DNA of 63,877 nt, the filler included, from Choristocarpus tenellus KU-1152 (lineage: Eukaryota; Protista; Phaeophyceae): NCBI GenBank assembly GCA_964200185.2. It is 14 parts of 14 records of this genome, joined end to end, with 100 filler letters (N's around TTAATTAATTAA, not from the genome) between each part and the next. Parts side by side here need not be neighbours in the genome. Positions count along the whole stretch, not along the records: positions 37,857 to 40,446 come from CAXNAD020026487.1; positions 40,547 to 43,998 come from CAXNAD020019941.1; positions 44,099 to 47,510 come from CAXNAD020020210.1; positions 47,611 to 50,512 come from CAXNAD020023781.1; 10 more parts are not named here. One strand, given 5' to 3'. This document shows positions 38,099 to 50,500 of this stretch, piece by piece. Positions within the stretch are counted from its first letter, which is position 1, and the number at the start of each line of letters is the position of its first letter. Under the pieces are notes generated by a model that saw nothing but the letters and a program-made list of their open reading frames with translations, was not told the origin of the DNA and searched no databases. A program made the position numbers and the translations under genes.

Positions 38099-39373
38099 CT
38101 CTGGGCGGTGCCTTGTGGAGAGCACGGAAGGGCATGAGTGTCGGATACGGGAGACGATCCTCCAGCATCCTTGGCAGGCGCTGCAGAGGAATTCGTCTGT
38201 CGCCGCATGTCTCGTATGAATTCCGTGCATTTCTTCGTGGATGACCTTATTGTTTTGTCCTTGATGTCGTATTTTCTTGCTGTGACGGACAGAAGAGGTT
38301 GAAACGTCGATGACACGTCATCCAGTATTTCAACATCAGGAGCGATGCCGACGAGGATGGATTTCTATACCTGATGAGTATGCTCGGCGCTATGATCTTT
38401 CTTTACACATTCTAGGAATGTCTTGACCTGGAGATTGGGCGTGCACTCACGTTGTTCCCGAGTCAGCACAACTCGCAGCGCGCTCGCCAATGGTGCAAAC
38501 CTACTTTTCTCATCCAATTACCAAGAAGCAAGGTCATTCCAAGTGCAGCCACTTCCTTCCATCTCTTCTAGATCATCGTGGTTGACAAACATGGGGAGGA
38601 AGAGGTCCATGATCTGGTCCGTTTGGATTTCTTCCACGAATGAGCGGCACTGGTCAGTCTCTTGAGTCCCCGTTTCCTGAGTGAGATTTAAGTAAGGTTA
38701 TGATAAAGGTTGGTGGGTTTGTTTCCCTTTGACACTCAAGTTCGATGTTGATGATGCGAACATCGGTAATACTGCCATGTTGTTCGGACGAGGGGGCATA
38801 CACAATATTTGGTCATGAAGTGTTCGACGGAGTAGGGCTGTATTGGGTGACGCCCAACATTCAACACGTCGACAACGGGGTGTTGGATACATCGAGAGAC
38901 AAAACCGCCTCGGTTAGAATATCCTGAAAAGGTGTGCATTGTGTATGCGTGCACTCGCGAGCCACATCAAAAAGGTTATGGATACATCCCATACACCATA
39001 GGATGAAGTGAATTGAGGTGGTTTGTCGTACGGCAGAGTATATGCTTTGATTTGATTTTTGGAAAACGGTTGACAAATGTTTGGTGGCTGTCACCCCCTA
39101 AAATATTCGCATATGTATGTACTACAATTGACGTCTTCTGTCGTACGGTACACTATTGTGTAGGATGGGTTTTTGGTAGAAGGGATACCGAACGTTTCAT
39201 GTGGTGCAGGTCTACACATATCCCAAGATGCACATACCATTGTTTGTGTCTCCTTCTCTACAGGGGATATGAGATTGCGCTTGAGTTGTTGGAAAATCGA
39301 GGACGATGGATTGGAGGAATAAGTCGTTATGTGAACCGCGGCAACTTTTGTCATACTTTGTTGTACGGTAAAC
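38099..39373 (-). pseudogene. Multi-exon orphan gene with two in-frame stops
   Basis: Exons ~39372-39238, ~38923-38801 and ~38676-38099 splice in phase. The ~190-aa exon is interrupted only by TAA 38518-38520 and TAG 38365-38367. Confidence 0.55.
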
Positions 39374-40546
39374 TGTAACAAAAATGACATGAGGCGAGTG
39401 GATGAAGGAAGAGCGAAACATGCATTGGCATAATTTCGGGATTGTAAGGGTCAGGGATGGTGTTGGGGTTGAGGCACAGGGTTAGGGTTGGGACAGGTGT
39501 TAGGGTTGGGATTGGAAATAGAAACAGAAAGGATTATCGTTTATTTCCGATATATATCTGGTTCGACGTATAGGAGGACACGACCTTCGTCGTTAGGTTT
39601 CGTCCTACTCTTGAGGGGAGGACGTATGCGTCACCAGTTCCGAGCTACAGTGTAATTGGTTAACACCACATGTCTCTGATTTCGATGCAAATGTGTGATT
39701 TCGGAAGGATATGGTGATCACATGCTTCTCTATGTCTAGTCTTCAAGTGCTAATCCCTCGTTGTGGTAATTACAGAACACACAGGCTACATTGGAGTGTG
39801 TCTAGCTGCAATGGAGGCCTGTCCTTACCCTTGGGATGTCCTGGGGTCGACTCCTTCAGACTCCACGAGTTCATTCCCTATGTTAGCCAGTTCCCCTAGT
39901 GGCTGACGGCTGGCCATCCTACATCTGCAGTGCGATGGATATGGTCCTCTCAAAGAACTTCGACAATGAATCCTCTATATTGTCGAGGCCCGTTGGTTTG
40001 TTCTTGAGTGCGTGAACGAGTGTGGGGCTAGTCGCAAATGTGGTTTGGAGAAAGTTTTTTGTTATGGACTATAATATAATTCTTCAAATGTGCAAATATA
40101 TGAAAAAAAGATGCAAATCCGACGTTTTGACCCTGTCGCACTAATGAAGTAATTTAGGGAGAGTTGTATAAATATATATATAAATACCTTTGTAACTCTA
40201 TTTGTTCTAGTTCAACAGACATATATATAAATTTCAATATATTAGCGAAGAGAGCAAAACTCCCCTTTTAAATTTCCTATTTGATTTCTGAGAAAAAGGA
40301 ACACCCAGACTAGCCTGTTTATAACCCTAATATATACAGTAGGTGCCCCTATTTTGGGCCAAATATTATTAACCAAATCGAAAAATATGCCATTTTGTAC
40401 CGCTTTTTCGATATGCTCAAAAAAATAGGCTTTTGTACCGGAATTCNNNNNNNNNNNNNNNNNNNNNNNNNNNNNNNNNNNNNNNNNNNNTTAATTAATT
40501 AANNNNNNNNNNNNNNNNNNNNNNNNNNNNNNNNNNNNNNNNNNNN

Positions 40547-40831
40547 GTCACACGCCCTGATGATGTCCTGTTCTTTGACCAAGGTGCGTGCAATGAAGGA
40601 CTCGCCATCTGCCGCGAGCTTCTGCACACAGGCTAAGTGCGTGCAGCACTCATCATCCTGTTCGTCGACTGGGATGGGTTAAACCCACCCCAGTCGAAGC
40701 TTGGCGCCGGTCGCTGAAGCGTCATTGGCATGAAGCTCCAGCGCATCATTGTTGGCGGTCTGGTGTGGGGGCAACACGGGGGGAGACTTAGGCGACACAA
40801 ACCATCCCCTTGCTGTGGAAGCAACTGGCAT
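40547..40831 (-). pseudogene. 5' fragment of a hypothetical gene with one in-frame TAA, possibly transposon-encoded
   Basis: MPVASTARGWFVSPKSPP..LGWV*PIPVDEQDDECCTHLACVQKLAADGESFIARTLVKEQDIIRACD runs off the scaffold end. Confidence 0.35.
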
Positions 40832-40924
40832 GGTCTTTTCGAGCAACAACAGGCAGTCTTGGGCAGTGAGAAGGTGTAGGAGTTATTGCATTCGTAGACG
40901 AGCGTATGAACTTTGTTTTATCTT

Positions 40925-41540
40925 TTTCAGGATTGGTGGGACCACCCTTTCGATCCCACCGACCCTGAAAATCCGTGCGTGACATTTTTCAGAAGTTGTA
41001 AATCAGATTATATACACGAATTATATTTTTAAAACTTCCAATTATATCAGCGTTTGCATTTTTTAAGATACCAAACACATACTCGATTGTTATTGTGCAT
41101 TTCCAATGTTCCGAAGTAAACTTTGTTTCATCCTAGGGCTATCAGTGGGACCACCCTTTCGATCCCACCGATCCTGAAAATCCGTGCGTTACATTTTTCA
41201 GGAGTTGTAAATCGGATTATATCCATGATTTCTATTTTTTTTTTAATCCAATCATATCAGTGTTTGTATTCTTTTAAGATACCAAACACATACTTAGTTG
41301 TTATGGTACATTTCCAATGTTCCTAAATCAAGTTTGTTTCATCCTCGGGCGATAAGTGGGACCACCCTTTCGATCCCACCGATCCCGAAAATCTGTGCGT
41401 TACATTTTTCAGAAATTGTAAATCAGATTATATCCGTGATTTCCATTTCTAAAAAATATAATATATCAGTAGTGATTTGTATTTTTCAAGATATCAATCA
41501 CATACTTAATTTATCTTGTATGTTTCCAATTTACAGTAAC
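40925..41540 (+). repeat. ~210-bp tandem repeat x3, each unit with a hairpin motif
   Basis: ACCACCCTTTCGATCCCACCG anchors at 40941, 41150 and 41361. Confidence 0.92.
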
Positions 41541-41613
41541 CAGGGTTAGAAAAAAAACCCAACCCAACCCTCTATGTATTTGAAGTACAAAATCTTACCG
41601 AATCGGACATGAT

Positions 41614-42159
41614 GAGTAAAAGTATCTTAGAGAGCATGATTTTTGCCCTGTTTGTCCGTTTGGGGCTTGGCCTCACACGTTCTTCTAAAATATTTTTTTC
41701 CTACTCCGAGATACTTTAGAGTAGTAGTAGGTGAAATATTTATTATGTTGTGGAAAGGTGTGTATGGAACAAGGATATTGACACTCCCTAACATACACAA
41801 CAGACAAAATTTAATCAAAATCGCAACATTGGAATTTGCCCCAAACAGACAACAAACAGAGAGCCAAAGTATATTAGAGGGTAGAGTAGCGGTCGTTTGG
41901 GAGCCAAAATCCAACATTGTGTTTTGGACATAATTTTGGTCATCTTGTTTGTTAGGAAGTATCAATGTCCATGTTCTGGACACAGTTTTTTATAACATTT
42001 ACATTTTACCTACCACTCCAAAACATTTTGGAGTAGGAAAGTGTCACAAAAAAACCCACGGGAAGCCAAGCCTCAAATAATGGAGAAACAGGGCAAAACA
42101 CGTACCCTCTAAGATACTTTCACTCAGACTCGACCCTAACCTCTAAGATACTTAGAATC
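41614..42159 (-). mobile_element. Older MITE family 1 copy carrying a nested, inverted family 1 copy at 41861-42125
   Basis: The outer copy starts GAGTAAAAGTATCTTAGAG and resumes after 42125 with CCTCTAAGATACTT. The inner copy runs GAGCCAAAGTATATTAGAGGGTA...TACCCTCTAAGATACTTTCACTC. Confidence 0.8.
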
Positions 42160-42539
42160 ACATAGCGATTGTCATAAACGTGCAAGTCGATAATAAGAGT
42201 CACTATATGTAAACGTATTAACCACTTAGCACTTAATCCCTATGAGTCACTTTACACGTGCGTTAGGTTTAAAAAAAATCTAAACCGACTGAAAACCGTG
42301 CTTAGGGTTTTTTTGAATACCAAGAACGAACTTCAGGGGTCTCACACGTTTCCAATTTCAGAAAACCTAAGAAGTCATTCCAACTGGTATCCACTATATA
42401 AATAAACCGTAAACCCACTACTGGGCGTCTTTAGGGTTTAAATAAAAACTAAATAACATAAAAAAGCGGATATATCGTATTCCTGCTTGCTAGTTAGCAG
42501 TAATACCGTTGAACACTCAGAACATGTGCGGTAGGGTTT

Positions 42540-43695
42540 TTCCAAAGTAGAATGGTATTCTAATCGTTATACCAACAAATACAGATACAAACCACATCCT
42601 TCATTGATCTCATACGTTCAAAACGTGATAGTAGACTGAAAAGGTCACGAAAGTACAGACACCCTCTGTCCCAGTTCAATATGAAATCCTATGCTGTTGT
42701 TCATATTTTTGTAACGCAATTAACAGTGGATTCTAAGAATTGAGGATAGAGCAGAGGTATCCTACTACACAACAGTCACCTATCTTGGACTATCTTTTTG
42801 TAATGTGCATCTTGACCCAAGTTGCATGTTCGAAACAAAAAAATTAATGAGCCAAAGTAAACGAAAGCTACCCCCAGAGTTTCACCGTTTTGCAATTTGA
42901 CCCTGTTTTTTCGATCTTTATGAATTCACCTGTATAATTCTATGGATGAAGTTCCAAGTTAGACTCAAAAGCATTTATTTCTCTATTATTATTCAAAATC
43001 TTTCCGACACTAATAAACAGAAATGATCCTACACACTTTTGTGAAAAAGTCGTGTTTTGCACATACTTGATTTCATCCTTAAAATGCAACTCTGGGTACC
43101 CCTCGTTTATTTCGACTCTTAAACGTTTTCCCAATTATTTCAGACGCAAGCAATGAATGGGATATTAATATTATGTAATATGATATGAAATGGTAAGAAG
43201 AAATAGCAATATCCCAAAGGACACAAGCATACACGCTATGTGTATTTTGGACTAGAGCATTATTGTGATACACATGATCACATAGACACGTTGCTATATA
43301 ATATCTTGTATAATGTACATATACTATCTATATCTCAAAGGACACAACCCCGCATGAGTATTTCGGAATATCGAAATCACAACATTGTATTTTGACCCCC
43401 AAATGGACGCGGCTCTACCCTGTAAGAATATACTTTGGCTCTAAAAATACTAGAGACGACAAAAAGCGGTTCTTGATTTTCGACGATTTTTCTTTCTTCT
43501 GTTGACAATTTTGTTATATAAAAAAAGGAATATCGAATAGCATACGATTACATATTGAAAAGAGACAACAGAGAGTACATCTGTTTTTGTGACCTTTTCG
43601 TTTCGTACCTTTGAAACGTATTAGATCAATGAAGAATGTGGTTTGCATCTGTATTTGTTGGTGTATAGATTAGAATATCGTTCTACTTTTGGAAC
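42540..43695. mobile_element. Non-autonomous element with ~160-bp diverged inverted repeats
   Basis: 42540-42700 aligns with the reverse complement of ~43535-43695, e.g. ACCAACAAATACAGAT.CAAACCACAT.CTTCATTGATCT. Contains a MITE family 1 fragment at ~43373-43441. Confidence 0.65.
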
Positions 43696-44299
43696 ATTGG
43701 AAACGTACAAGATCAATTAAGTATGTCCTAACTACCACCTTCGGCATGGATTCCCATTCAAAAAGGGGCCCTTAAGAAGTGCCCCAGCATTTACAAAAAA
43801 AACATAACACTCGAATAAATATTTATAACTAATAGAAGAGGCGTATGTATGTATGTACTGTATAATACAATCTGTAGTGTACCATAAATATTATTACAAG
43901 AACACCAAAACCGTTACCGGCTCCCCCCCGGGGGGGCCCGTCTGTCCATATACGAGTGGCTTGGTCGAGGTCGCTTCCAAATGGTAGCGGTGCCCTCCNN
44001 NNNNNNNNNNNNNNNNNNNNNNNNNNNNNNNNNNNNNNNNNNTTAATTAATTAANNNNNNNNNNNNNNNNNNNNNNNNNNNNNNNNNNNNNNNNNNNNCT
44101 TCATATCCATGTGCCCAAGAATCCATGGGCATGATATATCCCCCCTATTACGGCAACGGTGTACCCCTGCAACAAACGACCACCTTGATCTTTCACAGCA
44201 AGTGGCTTTATTCCCTGAAAAAAGCCTCCACTTTTTTGCAGAACATATCCATCTCTTCTCATGTCGGTAGATATCAGATGGAAACTTTGCAGATGGTAC

Positions 44300-47200
44300 G
44301 GCAATATACTCAAATATGTATCGTACATGATGCTATTCCAGATCACATCTGAGATGCTTAGATTGTCCAAATATTCCGCCCTAAGGAAATCTCGTTTGGT
44401 CTCTGCCCTGATTCAATTTCCTACTTCTCTTGACTTTTCTCGATCTTCTACAAACTTTTTCATTACCTTTTGTACAATCTCACCTTCCACAGGCCTGGTT
44501 CACAGTGATCTAGTATGTAGTAACAGCAAATCTCTGAACAGCATGGCACAAAATTTTCTTCCTTCTCTCACATTGTTAAGAAGGCTCAAGTTGTCCCTAA
44601 CCCCCAACGGATGCAGCTGTGCACGAACGTCAGCCAGGGAAACCTTGGTGCTGCTTACAGGTACGATCTTGGCCAGGTCTGTAGGAGATGGAAAGATGTG
44701 GGAGGGGGGATGGGGGACGAGGGATGAGTGCCATGGAGGAGTAACTGTTCAAACGGTGGGAAAGAGAGCACAAAAGGCTTTCGACAGGAAATTTTCTGGC
44801 ACGGGTCAGCCCTATCCCTGTCCCTGCCGCTATCCCGTGACCCAGAAGTGCAATCATGACCTAATATGAGTTATACACAAAGGTGTGTGGTCCTCCAGTT
44901 CGTTCCTTCCTCCCCTCACATTCTGACAGATCTCCGTGTATCCCACCCAATGCGAGCACACTGTACCCGCAGTCCAAGATGGACTTAAATGTATGCCTGA
45001 AGGTAATCCAGACTCTAAGACATGACAATCCGATGGCTGGTGCAGCACAAGAGTTGATTACTCACAAGGTCCATGACTTCAGTGCTCAATGGTATGATCA
45101 GGCATGGAAAATTATTGAATCGTTGCTATTCTGTGATTCAAGCAAGTGCACTGCAGTTTTTTGTTGGGGGTGACGTCGTATTACTATGGGTAGGGAGAAT
45201 AATATGTTGTATCTATGTGGTTTGAGGACATGCAGTCTCCTGTATAGAGGGCGGCGTACAGCATGAAGACAACACTCTTGAGTCAACAGATATTTCCACA
45301 GAGCCGAGACACTTCCAACCGCAATGCTGAAGAACAAATCTCAGCATGTGTATCTTTGATTGGTCCCCCATACCACTATTGAAAACCTATCGACCTTATC
45401 CCAATTTGTAGAAACGGTACCCTACTTAAGAGTTGCAAGTTCTTCAACATATCGTATCGCCAGGGTGCTCCTATCAGCCGCACGGTCAGCACAGAAACCA
45501 GAACAAGCCGGTTCAAACTTCCAAAAGACGAGTGGAATGCAACCCCACCTCGTGTTTAGTTATGCATCGAGCAAAGAAATACCCTCTCCAAGAATAGTGG
45601 AGCTAACCCCAGGTGACTGGTTGTTAGCTTGGAAAGGGGCAACAACTAATATAGGGGCTCACTCTACTGAAGGGCAAGTTCTACCACTCTGAGTGAGATA
45701 GCCATGGGAGGAACTACAACAACTCACTTCTCCATGCTGGGGTCCGTGTGTAGAGCAAGCTCGACTTTCAGATGTGTCCATTTAAAATCTCCATAATGGG
45801 ATAAAGATTGCTTTGTCTTGGGACAGTTAGATTTGAAAACATGGCAAGCCTACCACTATAGGACAGTTATCGGCACATCCAAATATGTTTGGAATTGCTC
45901 GATTTTCTTGTTTCTGACTACACTGGCTGCGGTATGTATGATAGGACGCATATTTTGCAAGGGATCCCATCTTAGAGGGGTTTCGTCTAGACCTGTTGCT
46001 AATTTTAGGCTGATCCATGTTGGCTGACATGCGGTGCACCCTTCCCCTACTCCACCGAGATTAGTGTTTCAGGACAAGAAAGGACGCTGTGGAATGAGAA
46101 ATTGCATTATCTGGAGGACAATGTAAGCTGAATAACATTAGCATGCACTGCATTGCAGCTTTATTTGATGTATGGAGGGGGCTTAATACCACAACAGCCT
46201 ACCCTCCAAGAGATGTGCCTCTGCTACTTCCATCAGAGGATAATGATTGACCAGTCATTGTCATTGACTGAAGAGGAATTATTTGATCTCAACGTTTCTT
46301 CACCTTGTATACACTATTCCAGTGCCATGCTGTTTCTTTTCCTCTACTTCAAATGCACATGCAGACCACATTTGTGTGTTAATTATAAAAGGTGTCCAAA
46401 TAAATTTCAGTGCTAGTTGAGAAACGAAGGAAGATTTACTGTTAATACCCAATTGACAAGCATGCTTGAAACTACAATTTCCACATATCATCTGCAAAAA
46501 CGAGAGCTTACTGCAAACGCTGTAACGAAAGTTGACTGCTTCCAAAGTGTATTTCCAAGTAGTATCTACTGTGTCAGTCACAGTTTATTAGATCAAGAGA
46601 CCTGATACTTGAAAATAATATATTAAGGTTTGAGGGAGTTGAATGCCAAGTGCGACTAAAGAAACGCATCATCTCATAAGACAAGAAACCAAGCTGCATG
46701 ATATATTGATGAATGTGGAATAGAGATTTCTTTCCACTCCTGCCCCAACAAGTACATCACATATTGCAATTGAAACCATGTGAAGAACCGTTTCAAAACG
46801 AACCTACATTAAGTAGCCAACAAAAGATATTCCTTACATGCCTAGAATTGAGAATAATTTGGTAGGGGTATGAACAAGAGCTATTCCCATTCACGGTCTA
46901 GCCGAATCTCTAGTCAGATGATATGAAACGGCGCTGAATTTCTCCGAGCTTCAAACCTCCGACACACGGTTTGAGACAGTTAGGTTTACATATTGACCCT
47001 TTTTCAGAATCAAACTTGCCATGTAGCGTTCTGATCACCATCTTCTTATTGTCATTTTTTTCCAACCATCTTGCAGTATAATACTTGTCCTTGAGAAAAA
47101 ATCTGACAGTATCATACTGAGCAATCCACCCACTTTAAAAGGAGACCGACCTCTCTGAAACACCTCACAGTAGCATAAAATATGCTCATGCAGCTCGAGG

Positions 47201-47300
47201 GGGGTGGCTATGGGAAATTTGACACCAAAAATCAAGACAACACACCTATTTTCAATCCCTCTGTGGTTTTCAAAATACAGCAAGCAAATGTTTGCCGCTA
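44300..47300 (-). mobile_element. Decayed LINE (non-LTR retrotransposon), RT region about 46400-47290
   Basis: Degenerate RT motifs in the right order: NHRGI (NYRGI), FGFRKG-like, and ALVFADDM (YADD box). Many stops and frameshifts. 3' limit uncertain. Confidence 0.55.
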
Positions 47301-47452
47301 GTCTCGTCAGATATACGGCATAGAATGGCAGTTCTCAGCTAACTAGGAACACAATTTTAGGACTTGAATAGAGGCTGTCGTAACTGCAGAGGAGACTGGG
47401 TGCAGAAGACTCAGTGATATTCTTTAAGCTCTCATCATAAACTAGCTGTGAT

Positions 47453-47510
47453 GACTCAAAGTATCCAGAGGGGGGGGGGTGGGAGGGGTCTACACCAGGG
47501 TGTCCACTTG
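47453..47510 (-). mobile_element. Right end of MITE family 2 at scaffold end
   Basis: GACTCAAAGTATCC-G-tract-TCTACACCAGGGTGTCCA is the reverse complement of the right end. Confidence 0.8.
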
Positions 47511-47847
47511 NNNNNNNNNNNNNNNNNNNNNNNNNNNNNNNNNNNNNNNNNNNNTTAATTAATTAANNNNNNNNNNNNNNNNNNNNNNNNNNNNNNNNNN
47601 NNNNNNNNNNCTTTGTTATTGTTCTAGTATGTGGCATGTGCCCTACGCACTGCCTCTCCAGAGATGGTGGTGGGTGTTTTCGGGAATCTTGTAGTCCCTT
47701 GTCGTTATCTCGTACAAACCCTTTCCACCAGCGTAGGCGATCGGTGACAATCTCCAAGTTGACCAGGTCTCGAATGACCTTCCTGTCGCCCCTGTCCAGA
47801 CAGCAAGTTTCTTCAGGTCAGTCTCCATACTACTTGGGCTCAAAGCC

Positions 47848-50500
47848 TGTGCAAATTACCTTGGGAGGTAATGCTATTTCTTAGTAGTGAAGATAAGAGG
47901 GTGTGAGGCCTCACACGACCGACCCCCTTTGCTGAACTTGAAAAAAGAATGGATGATTGAAATTAGAAGAGTGACCTTTGTGTGGTGTCTTCTCATTGCT
48001 TGTTTATTATTTTGTTTGTGCTTTCTATCTGAGTCAACGGTCATGTCAAAGTAGTTGAATGCAGAATAAATACCAATACATAAATAATCCCATACATAAT
48101 CTGGATGCACTATTTTATTAGTTACATCGCATGGACTCAATTCAACACAATAATCTCATATACCCAAAATAAGGTACGTCTCACTATTGTCCTATTTTGC
48201 ACGCTCCCCCATGAGAGTGCAGGCAATGGAGAGTTGCTGGAACTCTCAAACCTCAAACATCTTACTGTGAACGCACTTGCCATGAAAATGGAAGTATAAG
48301 ACGTCAGATTGGTTCAATTCTCACACATATCACATTTATCTTGCCAACGCAGTGAAAGACTGCAAATTACTATTCTAATTTCAACCATCCATTCTTTTTC
48401 ACGTTCAGCAAAGGGGTCAAAGGGGTCGTGTGAGGCTTCACACCCTCTTATCTTCACTACTAAGAAATAGCATTACCTCCCAAGGTAATTTGCACGCTTC
48501 TACATTGAGTTTGAAAAGAAAAAAAAGATGTAGTGTATCTTCCGCAATAAACATATGTAGGCTTGAGTGCGTTCATTGAATAAACTGTGACAATAGGAAA
48601 GGCGCTATTATACTGGCAAGTGGGGGGTTTCCCCTCCATATGGTACAGTTCTCTGCAGTAGTGGAATATACATGTTTTTGCGACTTCAGTCGTGTAGCTT
48701 TTGCAAATCATCATATCCACAAGTAACTGTCGTAGGTAAAACCCTAACCCTTGATGCCCCGGTTCACGTAATTGATGCCTTGGAGGTGCAAGCGTTCCAG
48801 TACCTTGTACTCACTGCTCAGTGCCCTAATGTACATTTGTTTGCGCAGAGTCCCAAAGTACGTCGTTTCTGAACACTCTCTTTCTATTACTACTGTAACA
48901 AAAGATGTGTGAACGCAGATGCTGGCTTGTAATTTTGAATGCTATCTGAGGGCCTCGCCGTCCGTTGATTAGTATACCTCCCGCCGAGTGTTTTGTCTGC
49001 AACTACGTTCTCTGCCTTGAACCAAGCCTGGTCTATGCACTACTCGCTCTGGTACTCTTCCATCTTGACATAGACATTCTTCCTCCTGGCAATATTTCGC
49101 GATGCTCCGGTTTGAAGAGCCCAATTGTTCTCAGACTAGATGATTGTGTCCTGCTCTCAGCTTATCTCTTCCATAGTCTCAGATTTGAAGACGCAGTTTA
49201 GCACTCCCAATGCCATTGCACGCGCTCAGTTGCAGAGTAGACCATCTATTTGGTTGGGTTTTGGAGCCCGGACTGCCAGGCGATGTGAAAACTGCGGTGC
49301 AGTGAAATGCAAGAGGGTGCATTTCTCTTGTTGTATACACCATTGGCCGAATCCATGTCTTGATTATCCTCTCAAAACTCCTGTAGAGATCATGCTTCGC
49401 CCTGAGGACAAACTTGGTCTCGATAGGTTTATAGCCTCCGCTGGGAAAATGTACATACATCACTGTATAATCTCTTTGCAAAGAGGCTGCCCGTCTACTT
49501 TTGCTACCTGTCCAGTGAATTGAGCCATGGCTTGGCGTTGGATTCCACCAGTGCTTCGATCATGTTTGTCTCGACAGGCCAGGTAGGAACTTTTCAAGAC
49601 ACACCTAATTGGAAAAGCGCATTGCGGTGGCTTGATATCGATCGAATGTCCTAAGCGCATTTGGATTTTTTTTTTTTTGTACCTATGCGGATATCTGGAT
49701 TATACCACAACCAGATCCTGACTGTCCTAGTAGAAGGAACCAAGTTCAGATTAATTACTACTCTCGGGTTGATTGCGCACCCTCACCTTGTTACCATTGC
49801 GAAAAATGCAATAATCTTGACGCGCTTAGTGACGTCGTACTGTTGGTTGAGAGCAAGAGCCCTTAGGTACTGTACTTAGTTTGCTTCTTCAACCCCTCGT
49901 TCAGGTTCCTCAGCTTACTCTTTGTCCTCCATTGCCCTTCGCCCAGATTTTGCATTTGCTCATGAGTTTGCGAAAAAAACCATTTCTCCTCACTGCCGTT
50001 GAGAAAGGTTTTCGTCTCCCCCACAATCTCCAGAGGGTGGTGTTCCGTCTTGAACGTTGCCCGCGCTTTGGCAACTAGCTAGCGGTCATTGGGCCAGGTA
50101 TATATACCATCAGTGGGAAGGTGTGGTCCACCATGATGCCTCTATTAGTGAAGGGGCGAAAGAGCTTGCTCCGGTTTTTGTGGCGCTGCTTGTGGTGATG
50201 ATGTACGCAGTGAGTGTACTCTCATCCCCATCCGAAAATACCATCGCAGTTGAAGGGTTTCCCCCAGGTACAAGCTCGGCTCTCGAGGGATGTCTTTGAT
50301 CAGTTACTCGTTTGCGATCTACCCTCTCTCGACCTGTTGGTGGCATCAGCTGCGGCAAAGGACCAAGATTGACCCTACTCTTCCTGCTTGGAATGGTTGA
50401 CTCTTGACTGGGCAGCCTCCATGAATAGTTCTGCGCGACGACCGTCTCGGTGATTTTTGTTCCCCTGCGGAGTCCTTGAGGTTGACTTCCCCCCCCTGAC
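47848..50500 (-). mobile_element. Deleted Ty1/copia element ending in a 3' LTR (48203-47848) with PPT
   Basis: Minus strand: RT-start-like PSGGYKPIETKFVLRAKHD..SFER (~49450), RNase H end-like GKINVICVRIE/QSDVL (~48345-48297), then PPT GGGGGAG immediately before the LTR. An extra inverted partial LTR lies at ~48370-48496. Confidence 0.7.

Noticed and set aside
24449-40831. Alternative genetic code (TAA/TAG = Gln) to explain the in-frame stops
   Set aside because: A TGA also interrupts the same frame (28303), and the PARG, ALDH6A1 and histone-fold exons use only CAA/CAG for their many Gln codons.
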